A stretch of DNA of 64,000 bases. It comes from Monocercomonoides exilis PA203. Lineage: Eukaryota > Protista > Preaxostyla. The stretch is taken from contig LSRY02000029.1 in the NCBI GenBank assembly GCA_001643675.2, forward strand, positions 682,001-746,000. The letters run 5' to 3'. The notes beneath the pieces were generated by a model. That model was not told the origin of the DNA. It did not search any database and saw only the letters and a program-made list of their open reading frames with translations. Below, in pieces: positions 1 through 14,800 of this stretch; position 1 is the stretch's first letter, and the number at the start of each line of letters is the position of its first letter. A program made the position numbers and the translations under genes.

Positions 1-767
1 TCTGAAGATGATGCTCTTGATGCTGCTTCATCATTCAACTTCTTTTTCTTTTCTCTGATATTCTTTCCTTCTTCTCTTTCTTCATCATCATCATCATCAT
101 CTTCTTCTTCTTCTTCCTCTTCCTCTTCTTCATCTTCATCCTCTGTTTCTTCATCCAAACTCTCAACAGCATTGTTTTCAGAAAACATATCTTCTTCTTC
201 TTCTTCTCTTTCTCTTTCTTTCTCTCTTTCTTTCTCTTTCTCTTTCTCTTTCTGTTCATTCATTCCAAGTGGATTTGGAGCATGTTGCATTCCATTTTCA
301 TTCTGAGTCAGCAAAAACTTCTTCTTTTTGTCTTTCTTTTTTGTTGCTTTATTTGTCTGCAAAGGAGAAGAAGGAGAAGAAGGAGAAGAAGAAGAAGAAA
401 GAGCATCAGAAATTATTACTCTTCTTTCTATCCCCCTTCCATCATCAAGAATTTCATCTACCACTTTCCCATTGCTCAAAATAATCATTTTCTTCTTCTT
501 CTTCTTTTCTTTCTCTTTCTCTTTCTCCTTCTCCTTCTCCCTCTCTCTTTCCTTCTCTTTCTCTTTCTCTCTCTCTTGTTTCCTCTGAATGATTTCTGTG
601 TTTGTGACTGTTGTGACAGCAGAAGCATCTGCAAATGGAGTTGGCGGAGGAGGCAGCCCAACAACTGGGCGAAGAAGATCGAGAAAGAAAGAGAGAGAAA
701 GAAGAACAGAGGAAAAGGATGGAGATAATGAAGAAAGAGAAGAAGAAGAGGAAGAAGAGGAAGAAGA

Positions 768-798
<31 letters not shown>

Positions 799-3700
799 AG
801 AGAAGGAAAAGGAGGAAGAGAAGAAACATGAGTGATAATTCGACTGAGAAGAGCAGGAAGAATGTGAGAAAGGAGAAAAGAAGGGAGATAAGCGAAAGAG
901 GCAGCAGGGGAGGAATAAAAAGAAGACTCAGAAATCTTTTGAGAAGGCTTCGAAGAGACAGAAACAATGGAATTACCATCAGAAGACAGAGAAGATGGAG
1001 AAGATGCATTCAAAACAGCCATGCAATCATCAAAAGAAGGAGGTGGCTCGTCAAAATAAGGCTGATTGGAAGTGGAGGGAAGAAGAGAGAGAAGAGAATG
1101 TGTGGTAGAGGAGGGTGAATGAGAGGGAGAAGAAGAAGAAGAAGAAGAAATGGAAGGAGATGATGAAGAAGATGAAAGAGGAGAAGAAGGAAAAGAAGAA
1201 GAAGAAGAAGAAGAAGATGTTGCTGTCATTGATTTTCCATGCAGTTGAGGAGAAGATGAGAATTTTGGTTGATGTTTGACAGAAGATGTTGTGATTGGCA
1301 TCTGCTGGAACACAATTTCTGGTGTCTTTGGTTTCAATTTGTTTTGTTTGGGTTCTTTTTTCTCTTTTTTCTCTTTCTTCTCTTTCTTGTTCTTCTTTTC
1401 TTTCTTTCCTTCTTCCTTTTGTAACATTGTTCCGTTTTCTTCTTTCCTTAATTCTGTTGTATTGTTTTCTTCTCCTTCCTCCTCCTCTTCTTCCTCTTCC
1501 TCTTCCTCTTCCTCTTCTTCCTCATAATCATCACTTTCTTCCTCTTCCTCCTCATCCTCTTCTTCCTTCGCAGCATCTCTTCTCATCCTGTTTGCCGTCT
1601 GCATCAGCATCATCCTCTCCTTCTTCATCTGCTCAATCTTTGCCTCTTCCTCCTCTTTCTTCTCCTTCCTCTTCTCCTTCGCCATGTTCGCTTCCACAAC
1701 AAACGCAGTTTCAACCACAAAAAACGGGGCAGACGAACAGAAAGACCGATGAAGACGGATTTTCGGGTGCAAAAAACAGGAAAGAGAGATGGTGGCGAAG
1801 AGAGAGAGGAAGAGGAGAGGAGAAGGAGCCAGCTGAAGAAGATTCACATAGAAAGGAGGAAGAAACAGAGTGCGTTTGCTGTTGATGAGCACATTGTCGT
1901 GGAGAAGAGAGACAGAAGAATAGGAAGAGAGAGAAGAAGAAGCAGAGGAAGAGGAAGAAGATAAAGATCCACCTCTTTTGTTTGCTCTGCTTTCAATTGA
2001 AACTGTCTTCCATCCATTTTCAGCAGCAGCAGCGAGAGACGAGAGAAGAGGGTGAAGAGGATGCAATTTCAATGCAGAAGTGACTGGATGTGCTGTTTGA
2101 GATGGCATCGATGCAAAACGAGTGAATTTTGGGTTTGTTGGCGTGGCTACTGTTAAGTTTGGGGAAGAAATGAGAAGAAGAAGAGAATGAATGAGAGAAG
2201 ACATGAAAGAGGTGTTTTCTTTCTCGTCCTGCTGGACAAAGGAGTTCAGAGCATACAACGAGCAATGAGAGGTTAAAATGGACAGAAGAAGCACAGAAGA
2301 GATGAGAAGAGGGGCAGAGGCATCAGGAAAAGTGCATTGTGAATTGGAGAAGCAGTCAAAATTTGAAGTGAAGATTGAAAGAGAAGAAGAAGAAGAAGAA
2401 GAAGGTGATGATGATGATGATTGCGATGATGTGAAAGAAGAAGAAAGAGAAGAAGAAGAAGAATGTGAAGGGCCAAAAGAGCTGGTTGAAGTAGAATCAC
2501 CTGTAAATTGAGCAGAAGCGATGTTTGGCTTCAAAGAGAGGATGATCCCCTTTCCAGCAAGATGAACCAGTCTGATGAAGGCAGAGAGGCAAGCAGGGGT
2601 TGTGGTGGATATGAATGAAGAGACAGGAGCAAGTGATGAGGAAGAAGCAGAAGAGGAAGAGGAAGAAGAGGAGGAGGAAGAGGAAGAAGAAGATAATGAT
2701 GATAGAGAAGCTGTGGTTAGGCCATTGGGCATCTGAGTTGGAATGACAGGAAATGTGTTGGCCAAAGAACGAATAAGAGCAAGCTGCTTGTCTGAACTGA
2801 GGGCAGAGGCAGTTGCTGATGAAAGTGATGTGTTATTCAGAGAAGAAAAAGCAGAAGAAGCAGAAACATGAGCGAAAAATGAAGGCAGCGAAATGGAAGG
2901 CGACTGTAGCATTGCCACTTTCTGCTGCTGGATCTCCTTTTGGCGGTTGCCTGGGTGTGTCCCCATCGAAAACACGATCAGCTTCGCGAACTGTGTCTGC
3001 ATGGCCGTGAGATGGCGGGTGAGGGCACTCATTTCAGCTGTGAAGAGCACAGGAACTGTCTGAACATCGCGTCTGAGAGGCACAATGAATGACTTTCCGA
3101 AGCTTTGTGGAGGCACAGCGGAGGAGAAGGCATACGAGGTAGATGAATCGGTCTTTTTTTGGTACGGATACTTTGGAGTGACTGAATAAAAAGGATATGT
3201 CAATGAATACGGTGGAGTTTGAGTGACAGACGTGGGAAAGGAACAGTTTGGCTCGCACAGAAGAATTCTGAGGATGTCTTGATGCAGAGGAGGATTGGTT
3301 GGGATAAAAGCTGGTGGTCGAGGAGAAGGGAACGCTGTGCTTCGAGAGTAGGACTCCGTTTGGTAAGCTGGAACAATCAAAGAAGGCCATTCACCTTGAG
3401 CCGGTGAAGAAGCTGATGTTTGGCCCGCTGGAATCCGATGCTTTTTGAACACAGCATAGTATGACTGAGTATCTGAAAGAGGTGACTCACGACCAAGCGA
3501 CACTTGTTTAAAGAGTTCAGAAATATCAATTGCCTCTGCTTCACGAAATGTGAATGCTAAAAGGTAAAATGGCTTTGAGACTATGCTGCATAATTGATGT
3601 TGTCTTGGATAAAATGAAGTTAGCGAACATCGGCTTAAAAACAACAGAGATGATATGCAGTTTAATAATAATTCGTCTGATTGAGTACGTTCTCCAAAAT

Positions 3701-4100
3701 TCAAGATAGTTTCTAATATTGCATTTGGGGCAGAAGAATATTCTTGCGCTAAAATCAAAATTAAGTTTGTTTTAAGCTAAAATAAAGGGAAATCAAACAG
3801 CATGCGTATCCAATCCAGCATGAAGGACAACAATTCATAGTGGTCTTTTGCGTGACTAATTTTCCAAGGTTATAACAGCTGTATTTTCAAGAGAAAAATG
3901 ATTTTTTATTATTTAAGAAACAACAAAAAAGCATACGTTTTGCAAACAAAACGAGAACATAAGCAACAGATAAATGATTTGTTATGTCCATGAAATTGTG
4001 ACCAACATGTTGGGCATGTTGATGGAGCTGGAGGAAACAAGAAAATTGGTCTAAACCTAACGACAGGTCTAGACGTAGAAGATGCTCCAGCATGCGCCAT
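1..4100 (-). CDS. Large Ser-rich protein with N-terminal FYVE/PHD-like zinc finger; 3' end runs off the window
   Basis: ATG at 4100. Splicing at GT-AG introns (~3880-3940, ~3750-3800) gives CPTC..F..FICCLCSRFVCKTC..CCPSC, a FYVE-like Cys spacing without the RRHHCR patch. A long Ser/Glu-rich frame follows and appears to stay open past position 1; it has no stop in the window, so it is absent from the ORF track. Not every codon was checked. Confidence 0.65.
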
Positions 4101-4560
4101 ATCAAATTCTAAAATTTATATATCAATCTCAACACAAAATCGTTTGAGTTAAGCTTTACGCTTTGATGATAATTGGATTTATCTTCAGATTATTCCAGAT
4201 AAAATAAAAATGGGCTTTGTTGTTCTGATTCACCTCGAAATAACAATGAAAGTTGATTTAATTCGGATCCTCAATAAATGTTAAAGGAAGGAAATTATCG
4301 ATAACCAAATGTGAAATGAGATAAAGAAATGATTGAATATTATCAATTTTTGAACTTAAATAAAAGTTTTTTTAAATACACATATTTGTAACTTTATATT
4401 TTTTTTTCAAATAACTATTATCAAGAATAATTAACATTAAATATATGAAACAATTTAGCCGAATTGTTAATGAGAAAAATTGTATTGGTAAAGACAACAG
4501 AAATTGATAAAATATTGTTCATTTGAAAAAATGTGAACTTCGCTTTGTAAATTTAAAAAT

Positions 4561-5214
4561 TTACGATATAACATGAATAGGTTGCGGAATAGCTTTTTCA
4601 GGGATTATTTGATCATTTTCATCAAGATCAGGTGTAATTCCGAACATTTCAAGCTTCTCAACAATCTCTTCAGATGAAAGATTATCAAGCGGAAATTCTC
4701 CTATAACGTTTCCATTAGCATTAAAAATTTCTGCTAATACTCCCCTTTCAACTGGCACAAGAACAATTCGTGAACTATTTTGAAATGAAAAAAATTTTTT
4801 GCATAAATATTTTTAAAAACCATCTTGATAAAATAAAATAACATTTCAATAAATTTCATACTATCTATTTCCAACTCCTCCTAAAAACTTTAAATCAAAA
4901 TTATTTGATAAAAAAATAAATCAATAGTTATAGCGCAAACTTCACTTAATCCAGGGTACTCGTCTAAAATACATGTTGGTGGAGAGTGAATAAATACCCT
5001 TGAAGGTGTTACTTCAAAGCTTGATAAATGCATTTTTGAAATTTTATGAAATATTCAAATTTGATAAAGAAATCACAATTAAGCAATACTTTGGATTTAA
5101 TTGCCCATTTATCCATCTTGGAATACGAGGAGTAACATAAATCTTTCTTCGCGGGCGCATGCAATCAAGATGCATTTCACGAAAAATAAGAAGAAAAATA
5201 AACAACCAGCTCAT
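4561..5214 (-). CDS. Sep15/SelM (selenoprotein F/M)-like thioredoxin-fold protein, Cys form, 4 exons
   Basis: Spliced product: MSWLFIFLLIF (signal peptide-like)...SRVFIHSPPTCILDEYPGLSEFLGGVGNRYSRIVLVPVERGVLAEIFNANGNVIGEFPLDNLSSEEIVEKLEMFGI. It resembles the SelM/Sep15 core as recalled (C/U-x-L..P...F...Y; IPLSEMTREEINALVQELGF). Three GT-AG introns keep the frame. Confidence 0.65.
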
Positions 5215-5928
5215 TGAATTTCAAATATTATGTTGGTTTTGCGAATATTTTGTGCTTTTCTTTCAATTTTCTTTCTTTCTCAAACTTTAAATTGTATGCT
5301 AATAATTATTCCATTATTGTATGAAATTATTGATAAACATATTCTTATTGCAAATTCAAACGTTAAAGATTATAGTATTTCAAAAATATATTTTGGGAAT
5401 ATTTTTTTGAACTTGAGACAAAGATTTAGAAAATTATATTTTTATTATTTTTTTTTCATTCGTGTGATCCTTTTTTCAACAGAATTTTCATTTTTTTATT
5501 TGTATTCTAATGATTTTTATAACATTATGTTGTTATTTCAAAAAAGCCAATTTTCAAATTTGAAAATTTTTTTATTTTGAAATCTGAGAAATTATTGAAA
5601 GATAATGAGTGACTCAATGAAGATTTGTGTAGTATTTTTTTTAAAAATTTTTTTGAAAGTCAGTTCATTTCTCTTTAGAAAAAAAAAATTACAAGAAAAA
5701 AGAGAAGAGATAAAAAAATGAAATCAAAGATGCGGAAAAAATGATAAAGATCAGCAAATTGAAAATACTAAATAAAACAAAATAGCTTGATAAATGATTT
5801 ATTAATTGGAAACAACATTTTTATTTTTTGTTGGAAAAAACAAAGATCACTCCCACATCATTTTTAGGATAATAATTATTTTATTTTGAAGCGATTTTTG
5901 CTTTGTGAAGGGTTATTTATTGCAGTAG

Positions 5929-8900
5929 ATGACTGAAACAGATGAGGAACCATGCTGCATATGCTTTGATGCACTTGAAAAAGATCTTGCAAAGCTTGAA
6001 TGCGGCCATAGATTCCATTATCAGGTTTGTTTAAATTTTTTTCACCATTTTTTAATTCAATAATAATTCCCTTATAACTTTTTTATAATTATTTAATTAC
6101 ACTTTGCGTTTAATTTAAGTGCATCTTTGATTGGGGAAACGTGTGTATTTTCATTTTTTTTGTAAGTTGAACTAATTCTTTGATAAAGCGTTCAAACACT
6201 TGCCCACTATGTAAAAGACGTTTTAAATCTATTGAAAAAATTTCTAAAGACGGTGTAGTGATATCTTCTACTTCTGTAAAGAATAAAACACAAAATAATC
6301 CTCCAAATATTGAAATACAATTGGAAGATTTTCAGCAAGATTTTGTCGAAGCTACAGAAGATTTCACTGACGACAGTCTTTCAGGCTTTATAGTGGATGA
6401 CGATGTAATTGATGAAGAAGACGTTACAGTTGATGAATTATCTTTTGATGAAGACGAAGATAGTGAAGGTCGACTCGGGGAAAATGAAGCTGAATGGGAA
6501 AGCAGAGCACTTCACCAACTTGGAATACCTAGACAAAACATTAATCATTTAAGAAGGACTGACAGAGCTAGAAGAGGGCGTGGAACTCATCGAAGAAACA
6601 CAAGAAGAAATGGACGACGGTCACTGAGAGAAATCAGAAATGACAGAATGAATCGAACCTCTTTGGATTTATTTGATGCAGTTATTAATTCTCTGAATGC
6701 ACGATATGGCGGTAGAGAAAGAGAACTCAGAAATGAAAGAGAAAGTGCAAGAGAAAAAGAAAGAGAAAGAGAACGGAGGAGAAGGAATTTAGTACGGAAT
6801 AGACGCGAAAATACATTACAAACAGATGAAACGGATAATGCAAATGAGCATTCGACACGAAAATATTCTACGAGATCTTCGACTTCTTCGTCTCAGTCAC
6901 AACCATTTGGGACACACCCCCAACACGATGAGAAAAACAAGAGTGCACAGAAAAGAAAGCAATGTAAAAGTTTGTTGGATGCACTGGATGAAGACGATGA
7001 AATAAGCGACTTGTCACTTTTCACTCGAGAATTAGATGGCAACGATTCCAATTCGTTCATTGATGACTCGGATGAAGAGAACAACAGTCAAAGAAACAGA
7101 AATGAGTCATCTCGCTATTTAATGCGCAGCATGCCTGACAGAAATTTCATTACAGATGGATACTTCAAAGACAAGCCACTGCGAGAAAACTTGGGGAAAA
7201 GGCGGATGAACCAAGGAACATTGACACAGTACGAGCCTCAAATGAGAGAGACAGAGGATTCACCTCAGACGTCACAAGTGTCGTTGCGCAATGAGTCTTC
7301 GAGGAATTTGCGTTCATCACGAAAGAAGAACAGGAATGATGAAGATGAATGGGATGGGTCAGATGAAGAAGGAAATGGAAAACGGAGAAGGAGTGTAGTT
7401 GACGAAGACGAAGGAGAAGACAGCTTTATTGTGCCTGACGATGCAATCGACGACGAAGGCAATTTTTTGAGCACGAATGAGCTGCGAAGAAGAGGGCTGA
7501 TAGATGACTTGGATGAGATTGTGGCAGAGGAGATGGAAACACCAAAATACAACACAAGATCATCAGAACCTCATTCAAAGAAGAAGAAACAGAAGAAAAG
7601 GACTTCAGCAAGAGCAAAGAACTCGACAAGAAATGAAGAAGATGACGATGACGAAGAGAATTACGAAGAAGAGTATGAAGATGAAGAGTTTAAAGGAGAC
7701 AATGATGATGATGATGATTTTGATGATTTTGATGGAGAATGGAGAAGTACAGTGGAAAGAGATGTTGGTCCAAAGAAGAAGAGAAAGAGGCAGTCATCTT
7801 CTGTTCGATCACAGCGAAGTTCAAGCAAAAGAAGGAAGAGCAACCTCATTTCAAATGGAAGTGATTCAGATGGAGAATTCAAAGAAGATGATGATAAAAC
7901 AGAAGATAGAATGCTCAATTCAATCAGCAGCAGAGGAAGAGGGAGAGGAAGAGGAAGAAGAGGAGGAAAAAGCCAGTTGAAAGACGAGGCGATGAAAGAA
8001 ATAGAAAAGTTGTTAAAAAAAAGCAATTCTGACAACAAAAGTTTTTTGTCTGACGAAGATGAAGAAGATGAAGATGATGATGATGAAGATGATAATGATA
8101 ATAATGGGAAAGAAGAAAATGCTGAAGGTGATGATGATGACATTGGTGCAGATGATCTTTTACTTCCCTGCGAATTGGAAGACGATATGTTTTCTGGATT
8201 CAAAGAAGAAACCAAAAACCAAAATAATAACAATACTTCATCATCTTCCATTGGACGTGGAGGTTCTCCTTCTTCTGCTGCTTTTCAAGCAACAGAAACA
8301 GGGAAAATGTCTTCATTCAGAACTGATTCAGCAACATCACTGCCATCTTCATTGTTCTCAGCCTCTTCTCCAATTGCGCTTACACAACGTGTCACTCCAT
8401 CGCAGTATTCACAAGACGCTAAACAAGACAGCAAAACAAGATATGATTCAAAAATCAACAGAATTGCAAGTGGAGAAAAGAGCATTGCAAATGCTGATGA
8501 AATATCAGTAACATCCTCATTGGCATATTCTCAATCGACAAGCAATGACAACAATGTGAATGAAGTCTCTCAGAATAACAATTCAATCAGCACACCCAGT
8601 TCGAGTCAGACACACGCATCGCTTTATTCATCAAAGAGAAAGCGTCTGAAAGTTGTTGAGAATGAAGACGAAGATGAAGACAAAGACAAAGACATGGACA
8701 AAGGTGTTGCTGCTGGAAGCATGAATTTGCAGTCAATTGGAAAAACAAACAGAAAACTGCATCGTGTCTATAAAGATGAGCACAATGAAGATTATTTGAA
8801 TGAGGAGAATGTGCTTGAAGATACAGACAATCTGCTCCTATCACCTTCTTCAGCCACACTGCACCAGATGAAACTTACTTCATTCTTTTCTAATTCAAAC

Positions 8901-11225
8901 AAAGAAGCATCTCCAAATCCAAATTCCATTCATTTGTCCTCTTCCTCGTACTCCTCCTCCTCTTCTTCCTCTTTTCATATTCCATCCCCTGTTCAAATAT
9001 CAAAATCTCCATCAACATCGTTTTCAGGTTCTTCTCCTATTTCCTCTCTGCCAGCTAAACCAAAGAAATCTCTTTTTTCAATTCTGAAGTTGATGAACAA
9101 ACGAAACCTTCCTCATCATCCAACTTCTTCTGCCGATGCAAATGTTCTTCCTTCTTCGCCATCTTCTTCTCAAACAAGTTCATCTTCTCTTTCTCCTTCT
9201 TCCCCTTCTTCCCCTTCTTCTTCTACAATTCCTTCTTCAATTGAATCGAATCAAGCACAACATCTCAATTCAATGCCATTGCATCAGCCATCGTCTTTAT
9301 TTCCATCTTTGTCTGCCACAATCAAAGAATCTCTTTCATCCTCCAATCAATCAGCTGCCAATTCAAATACTTCTCCTTCTTTCTTCGCCAAAAAGCTGCG
9401 TCTTCTCCGCTCCTCCTCCCAAAAGCCATCACTCACTCCTCCTCCAATCTGTCTGTCTCCTTCTATTGCTCAGCCTCAGTCATCTTCTCTTTCTTCTCTC
9501 TCTCCTTCTCTGTCTTCCTCCACTTCTTCTTCATCTCCTCAGTTCGCTTGCATCTCTCCTGGTTTCTCTCCTGCTCTGACCTCATTGGCAGTGCCACATG
9601 CAACTCAGACAAGATCTTCGAGTCATTCGCCTTCTCTTTCATCGATTAGCTTCAAACCTTCTTCTCCTTCTATTTCTATGCCGGCTTCACCCACACCGTC
9701 TTTAAGCCCTTTTCAGCCTTCTTCTGCAAATTTGACTTCTTCCTCTTCCTCTTCCCCCTCCTTTTCCTCATCGTCATCATCATCATCAAATTCAACTTTA
9801 TTGACATCTTCACTTTTCCCTCGTCACATCCCACAAATTGTCACACAACCTTCAAAAACAATTGAACATCAGCAACATTTGCTATCATCTGTGTCTAATA
9901 CAACATTCCAACCACTCTCTTCAACATCCAACAAAGAGCATCCATCTCTTTCTTTGCCTTGTCCTCCCACAAATCTATCTTTGATTTCATCATCTTCTTC
10001 TTTATTTTCTCCTTCTTCATTTTCTTCAGCTTCTTCCTCTTCTTCTTTAACTTCTCCTTTTCAACCTCAACAGCAACACAAACATGTTTCATCACTACCC
10101 CCTCTATCTGCTTTGAGCTCGTTCAATTCGTTGCTGACTCTTCCATCTGCATTGGCGCCTGGAAGTTGCCTGCCTTCAAAGACACTTGCTCCTTCACAAA
10201 ACACAATAACACTCGCATCCGCATATGTGGCATCACAGAAGATGTCATTGAATCAAAGTGAACAAAACAGAATGGATAATTTGATGGAAAATGATAAATC
10301 ATCATCATCATCATCATCATCAAATGATTTACATCTTCAGCCAACTGTTGCACAAGAGCAATCATGTGAATTGTCTAAAATGCTAAGCAATTCAACAGAA
10401 GCTGTCAAATCTGAAGATCCTTCATCACAAAACATGCATCTCAAAGCACAAACTGTTATCAATGAGCCAATTGCGTCAGAGCAGAAAATAGATCGAAATG
10501 GAACAACCACATTATCTCTTTCATTGCCATCATCACAATCTTTTCTGTCGCCTCTTCTTTCAACATCTTCCTCACAAACTTTGCCATTGGCGAAAAAGAG
10601 TTTGAGTGATGAAGAACAAAATTCATCAGCAAATGGAATAAATGTAAGCCAACAATCAGAGCCATCTTCTGATTCTTCAACAGAACGTTTTATTCAAATG
10701 CCTTCAATTGTCCAAAATACAGAAACAGACAAGGTTAATAAACAGCATCCATCAGAAATGAATGAAGATTTCAAAGAGCACATCCACAAGCACAAACATT
10801 CATCTCATTTTTCTTCATCTTCCTCTTCCTCCTCTTCTTCTTCTTCTGGCACTCCTGTCGTGTCTCAAGCAAAACTACAGCTTCTGTCAGCGATTAAGAA
10901 GCAGCTGATGCCTCGTCTGCAGAGTGGAGAGCTGAACAGAGCCACTTTCAAGCAGATTGCCTTCAACAGCTACACAGCAGCACGCCATCAGCCAGAATGG
11001 ATGAGATTAAGAAAGGTCTTTGGCATTGTGAATGAATCAGATGGAAATGGCATAGAAAACCAGAATAGAAATGAAGATGATGCGAAGAAAGAGAAAACAT
11101 TTTCTTCGAAAGAAAATGAAATGAAGGGAGAAAATCGCATTGAGAATAAACAGTCTCCAATTGATATTAATGTCGATGAAGAAATAAAATCTTTGATTGA
11201 AAGTTTCCTTCCAGTTGTTAAATAA
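5929..11225 (+). CDS. RING-H2 protein with long disordered middle and SRI-like C-terminal helix set (PHRF1/SCAF11-like architecture)
   Basis: Exons at 5929-6024, ~6120-6140 and 6189 onward give CCICF..ECGHRFHYQCIFDWGNRSNTCPLCKRRF (C3H2C3). The C-terminal AIKKQLMPRLQSGELNRATFKQIA resembles the SCAF11/PHRF1 CTD-binding region. An upstream exon is possible. Confidence 0.8.
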
Positions 11226-11829
11226 AATCGAACGTCTCTTATCATTTACAGACTTAAATATATGTGTGTTAATTCTTCCACATGTTTTTGTTCTCATTTT
11301 AATTTTTTGATAAATTTTATTTTCAGTTCTTTTCTTATGAGGAATCAATTTTTGTTTTCCATGGAAACATGAAATATATTTCTTAAAAAAAGAGAGAGAA
11401 GAAAACAAATGAAATAGACTTTCGTTAAACATCTACCAAAAGTGATGTTAAAAAATTCAAATTGAAATTTTTGAAATTACATTTTAAACTGATTAGATTT
11501 AAAGACTCTTCAATGAATAAACCCTCAAATTTCATAATTGTCACAGTTGAAATGGCATAATCATGTTCACTTTTTTTCACCTTTAGCATGAAACTGTTTG
11601 TTCGTTTCTCTATTTCTTTTTTGAGCGTTTTTACGAGAAACATTTGTCTTCACGGCTTTGATTTGTTCAAAAAATAAATCGTGAAAAAATGGACATAAAA
11701 TATGTCCCAACGATTTATTGTTCAAAATGGCAACTTTCATGCAAAATTAAGTGCAGAACGGTTATTCGAGGGATTGATAAATCCGAAACGAGATTATTAA
11801 GCGCCCATAACATTATTTATTATATCGAA

Positions 11830-14800
11830 ATGTCTTTTCTTCTTCGCTCATATATTTCGCAGCTCTTATCTCTGCAAAACATTGCAAAAATAAATGAAGA
11901 GTTAACTGATTTAATTGACAAATCCATACAACAGCACTTTACTATTGATAAAAACACTTTTTCAAGAATATCGAATCCATTGAAAGAAGAAAAAGAAACA
12001 ATAAGCTTCTTAACTGATTTTCTTTGTAAAACTATACGCTATGTGATTTCGCATCGAAATGATGGTTTTTTTCATTTTTCAAATTTTTATGTTTATTTTT
12101 TTTAATAATAATTATTTTCGAAAAGATCATAGAAATAATGCTGTCTATCGATATGGAAAATTTACAAATCAATTAAAATTTTACGTTCAAGAAGACCAAG
12201 AAAAAATCTTAGCTCATTTTTTTGAAAATTTTAAAAACAACATTCCGAGAGATTATTACAATTTTCAATCATCGCAAAATGCTTTTTTTTCTTTTTTCCC
12301 ACCGGTTTATCCGTATTCATTTAATAAGCCAACGTTGTTTCTTTCAATTGGAATGAGAGTTGCTGCTCGAGCTTTACCGTGGGAATATTTTGATTTTTAT
12401 CAAATTGAAAGCAAAGAAAAAAACCAAAAGATGCTAAGCGATGCTTGGATAGTTGCCGAAGTGAAATACATAATTCCGCTTCCATCAGGCTGTTTTGATT
12501 CATGGTTTGAATGCTTCAAAACGCATGATTTATTTTTATTTTTTTTTTTCAAAATACATTTGAATGATAAATAAAACTTCAATGATACAATAGCATTGTT
12601 GCCTTATCAGAAATTAATGCTCATGTTGGCAAAGCGAGTAGGCGGAAATTTTTTTCTCCGATTTCAAATGTCTATCCACTCAATTATCCATGGTTGCGTG
12701 AATGGTTTTTTGAGCAAATGGAAAAAGAAGAAAGGAATGTTAAATTGACAACTCACACCGAAAATTTTCATAATGAGCAGACAATACAGTTGGAAGCATC
12801 ACAATCTACTGACTGTCAAACAGATAAAAATTGTGTTGAACAAAAAGAGATTAGCAATTCATCCAATGATGGTTCGATGGATATTGAGCCAGAATCAACA
12901 CAAATTTCCTTTAAAAATTCATCTCGATTTTCTCCAGCGAATGCTATTGATGTACCTCAATTACTGATGAGTCAAGCTCTTTCAAGCTCAGGATCAGAAC
13001 CAACTACAATATCGGATAGCGGTTCATTTGCGATAAAGGAAGATAACTTGTCATCAAATCAATCTGAATCTATCACACCAATTGACACATATGCGATGAT
13101 CGATGATTCCGATCACAATAAACGTGCTTCTTTAGATTCACTACTGGATAAAAATTCCAAACTATACAAACTTTTGTATCCAATTATGTTTATTGCCCAA
13201 AAAAATAATGAAGAATCAAAAGCATCTTTGAAGCCTAAACAAGATATGGCTTCGGATATTGTCAACGATGATGCTGCTCGTCAGCCAGATGCACCATTAT
13301 CTACAACAATGCTGCTGCCTAATCAGATGTATCCTTTCTTTCCTTTCAATAATTCTTTTTCGGCCTATGCGAAATCTAATTCATCTGTATTTCTTCAAAA
13401 TCCTGTTTCTCTGTCAGATGACAGTAACTCTTCTTCATCTACTTCCTCTTCTTCCACCTCTTCTTCCTCTTCTTCCTCTTCTTCTTCCTCCTCCTCTTCT
13501 TCCTCTTCTTCCTCCTCTTCATCCTCATCCTCATCTTCTTCTTCTTCAATTTCCGAACAACAACAGAGTGAAACATATATTCAGCTTCCTGCATTATTTT
13601 CAGTGGGAGATCAAGTTCTTGCACTCCATCCGAGAAAAAGCACTTTTTTTAGAGCAACTGTGATAGAAGTAATTAATCATGTGGATGAAGACAACAATTC
13701 CGCTTGTGATGAGAATGCTGCTGGTGAAAAAAAGAATAATTTTTCTGTTGACGAAGCGAAAGAAAAAGAAGAAGAGAATGCAATGGAGATAGACTCAAAA
13801 GAGGAAGATATGAGCACTGATAAATTGTCTCTCCAGCAATCATCATCCAAAAGTGTTAGCAAGATCAAAACGCATCGGAAGGATATCACACAAAAGCAGT
13901 TCAATGACGTTATGCTCAAACTTTATACAAATCAGAGGAGAGAGATCCAATATTTGTTGAGATCTGATTTACGAGAAAAGGCAGCAGTTGAAGAAAAAAT
14001 GCAAAAATGGATGAAGTTCTCTGGAATGTGTAGTGATGAGAAAGATGAGACGGAAAACGAGCATTCATCAGAAAAGGGTTTAGAGGAAACACAAAAAACA
14101 AAAGAAATTGCGAATAACCTCAATCTTGAAGAAAGTTTACAAAAAAGCTCAATGATGGAACTTGAGAAGCAAACAGAAAAAGTGGAATTATCAGAGAAAA
14201 GCGGTGAAACGAAAAGTGCATTCACATCGCTCATTAAAGAAGACAAAATGCTTTTGCCACCTTCCTCAATTTTTGCAGTTGATGCTTCGACACCAAACTC
14301 TAAAGCCAATATTTCTTCTTCATCTTCGCCTTTTTCCTCTTCTTCCAACAATGTTGATGATAGAGAGCATAAAACACCTACACAACAAACAGCATGTGAT
14401 TCATCATTAACAGAAAATATTCTTCCTCCTCAAAAACTCATTGACTGGAAAAGCATATCACCATCTGTTCTTCTATCTCCTTATTCATATCTTCTGCACT
14501 TCAACAGCGAAAGCCAGCCAGAAAAGAAGTTGGTGAATGAGCTGTTTGTTCTGCCTTCTCCAACTGAGAATTTAGAGGAAGCACCAACAGAAACGATAAA
14601 AGCTGATGTTATGCCAAAAGAGACGAACGTGAAAATGGAAGAAGATGAAGTCGAAGATGAACGGACCATCTCCGAAGAGACATCAACCTGCACCGACACA
14701 GATGAAGACTGGAACAACCAAATGGAAGAAGTTAGGATTGCCAGTAGGAAAACTAATCAAAGAACAAAACAAAAGCCAAAGGTTAAAGGCAAAAGAAAAT

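Noticed and set aside
1-3400. Many short poly-K/E/R/F/L ORFs on both strands (also 38265-39122, 46000-46449, 55889-56572, 58617-59030)
   Set aside because: Shadow frames of GAA/TCT/AAAAG low-complexity tracts, or antisense to real genes.
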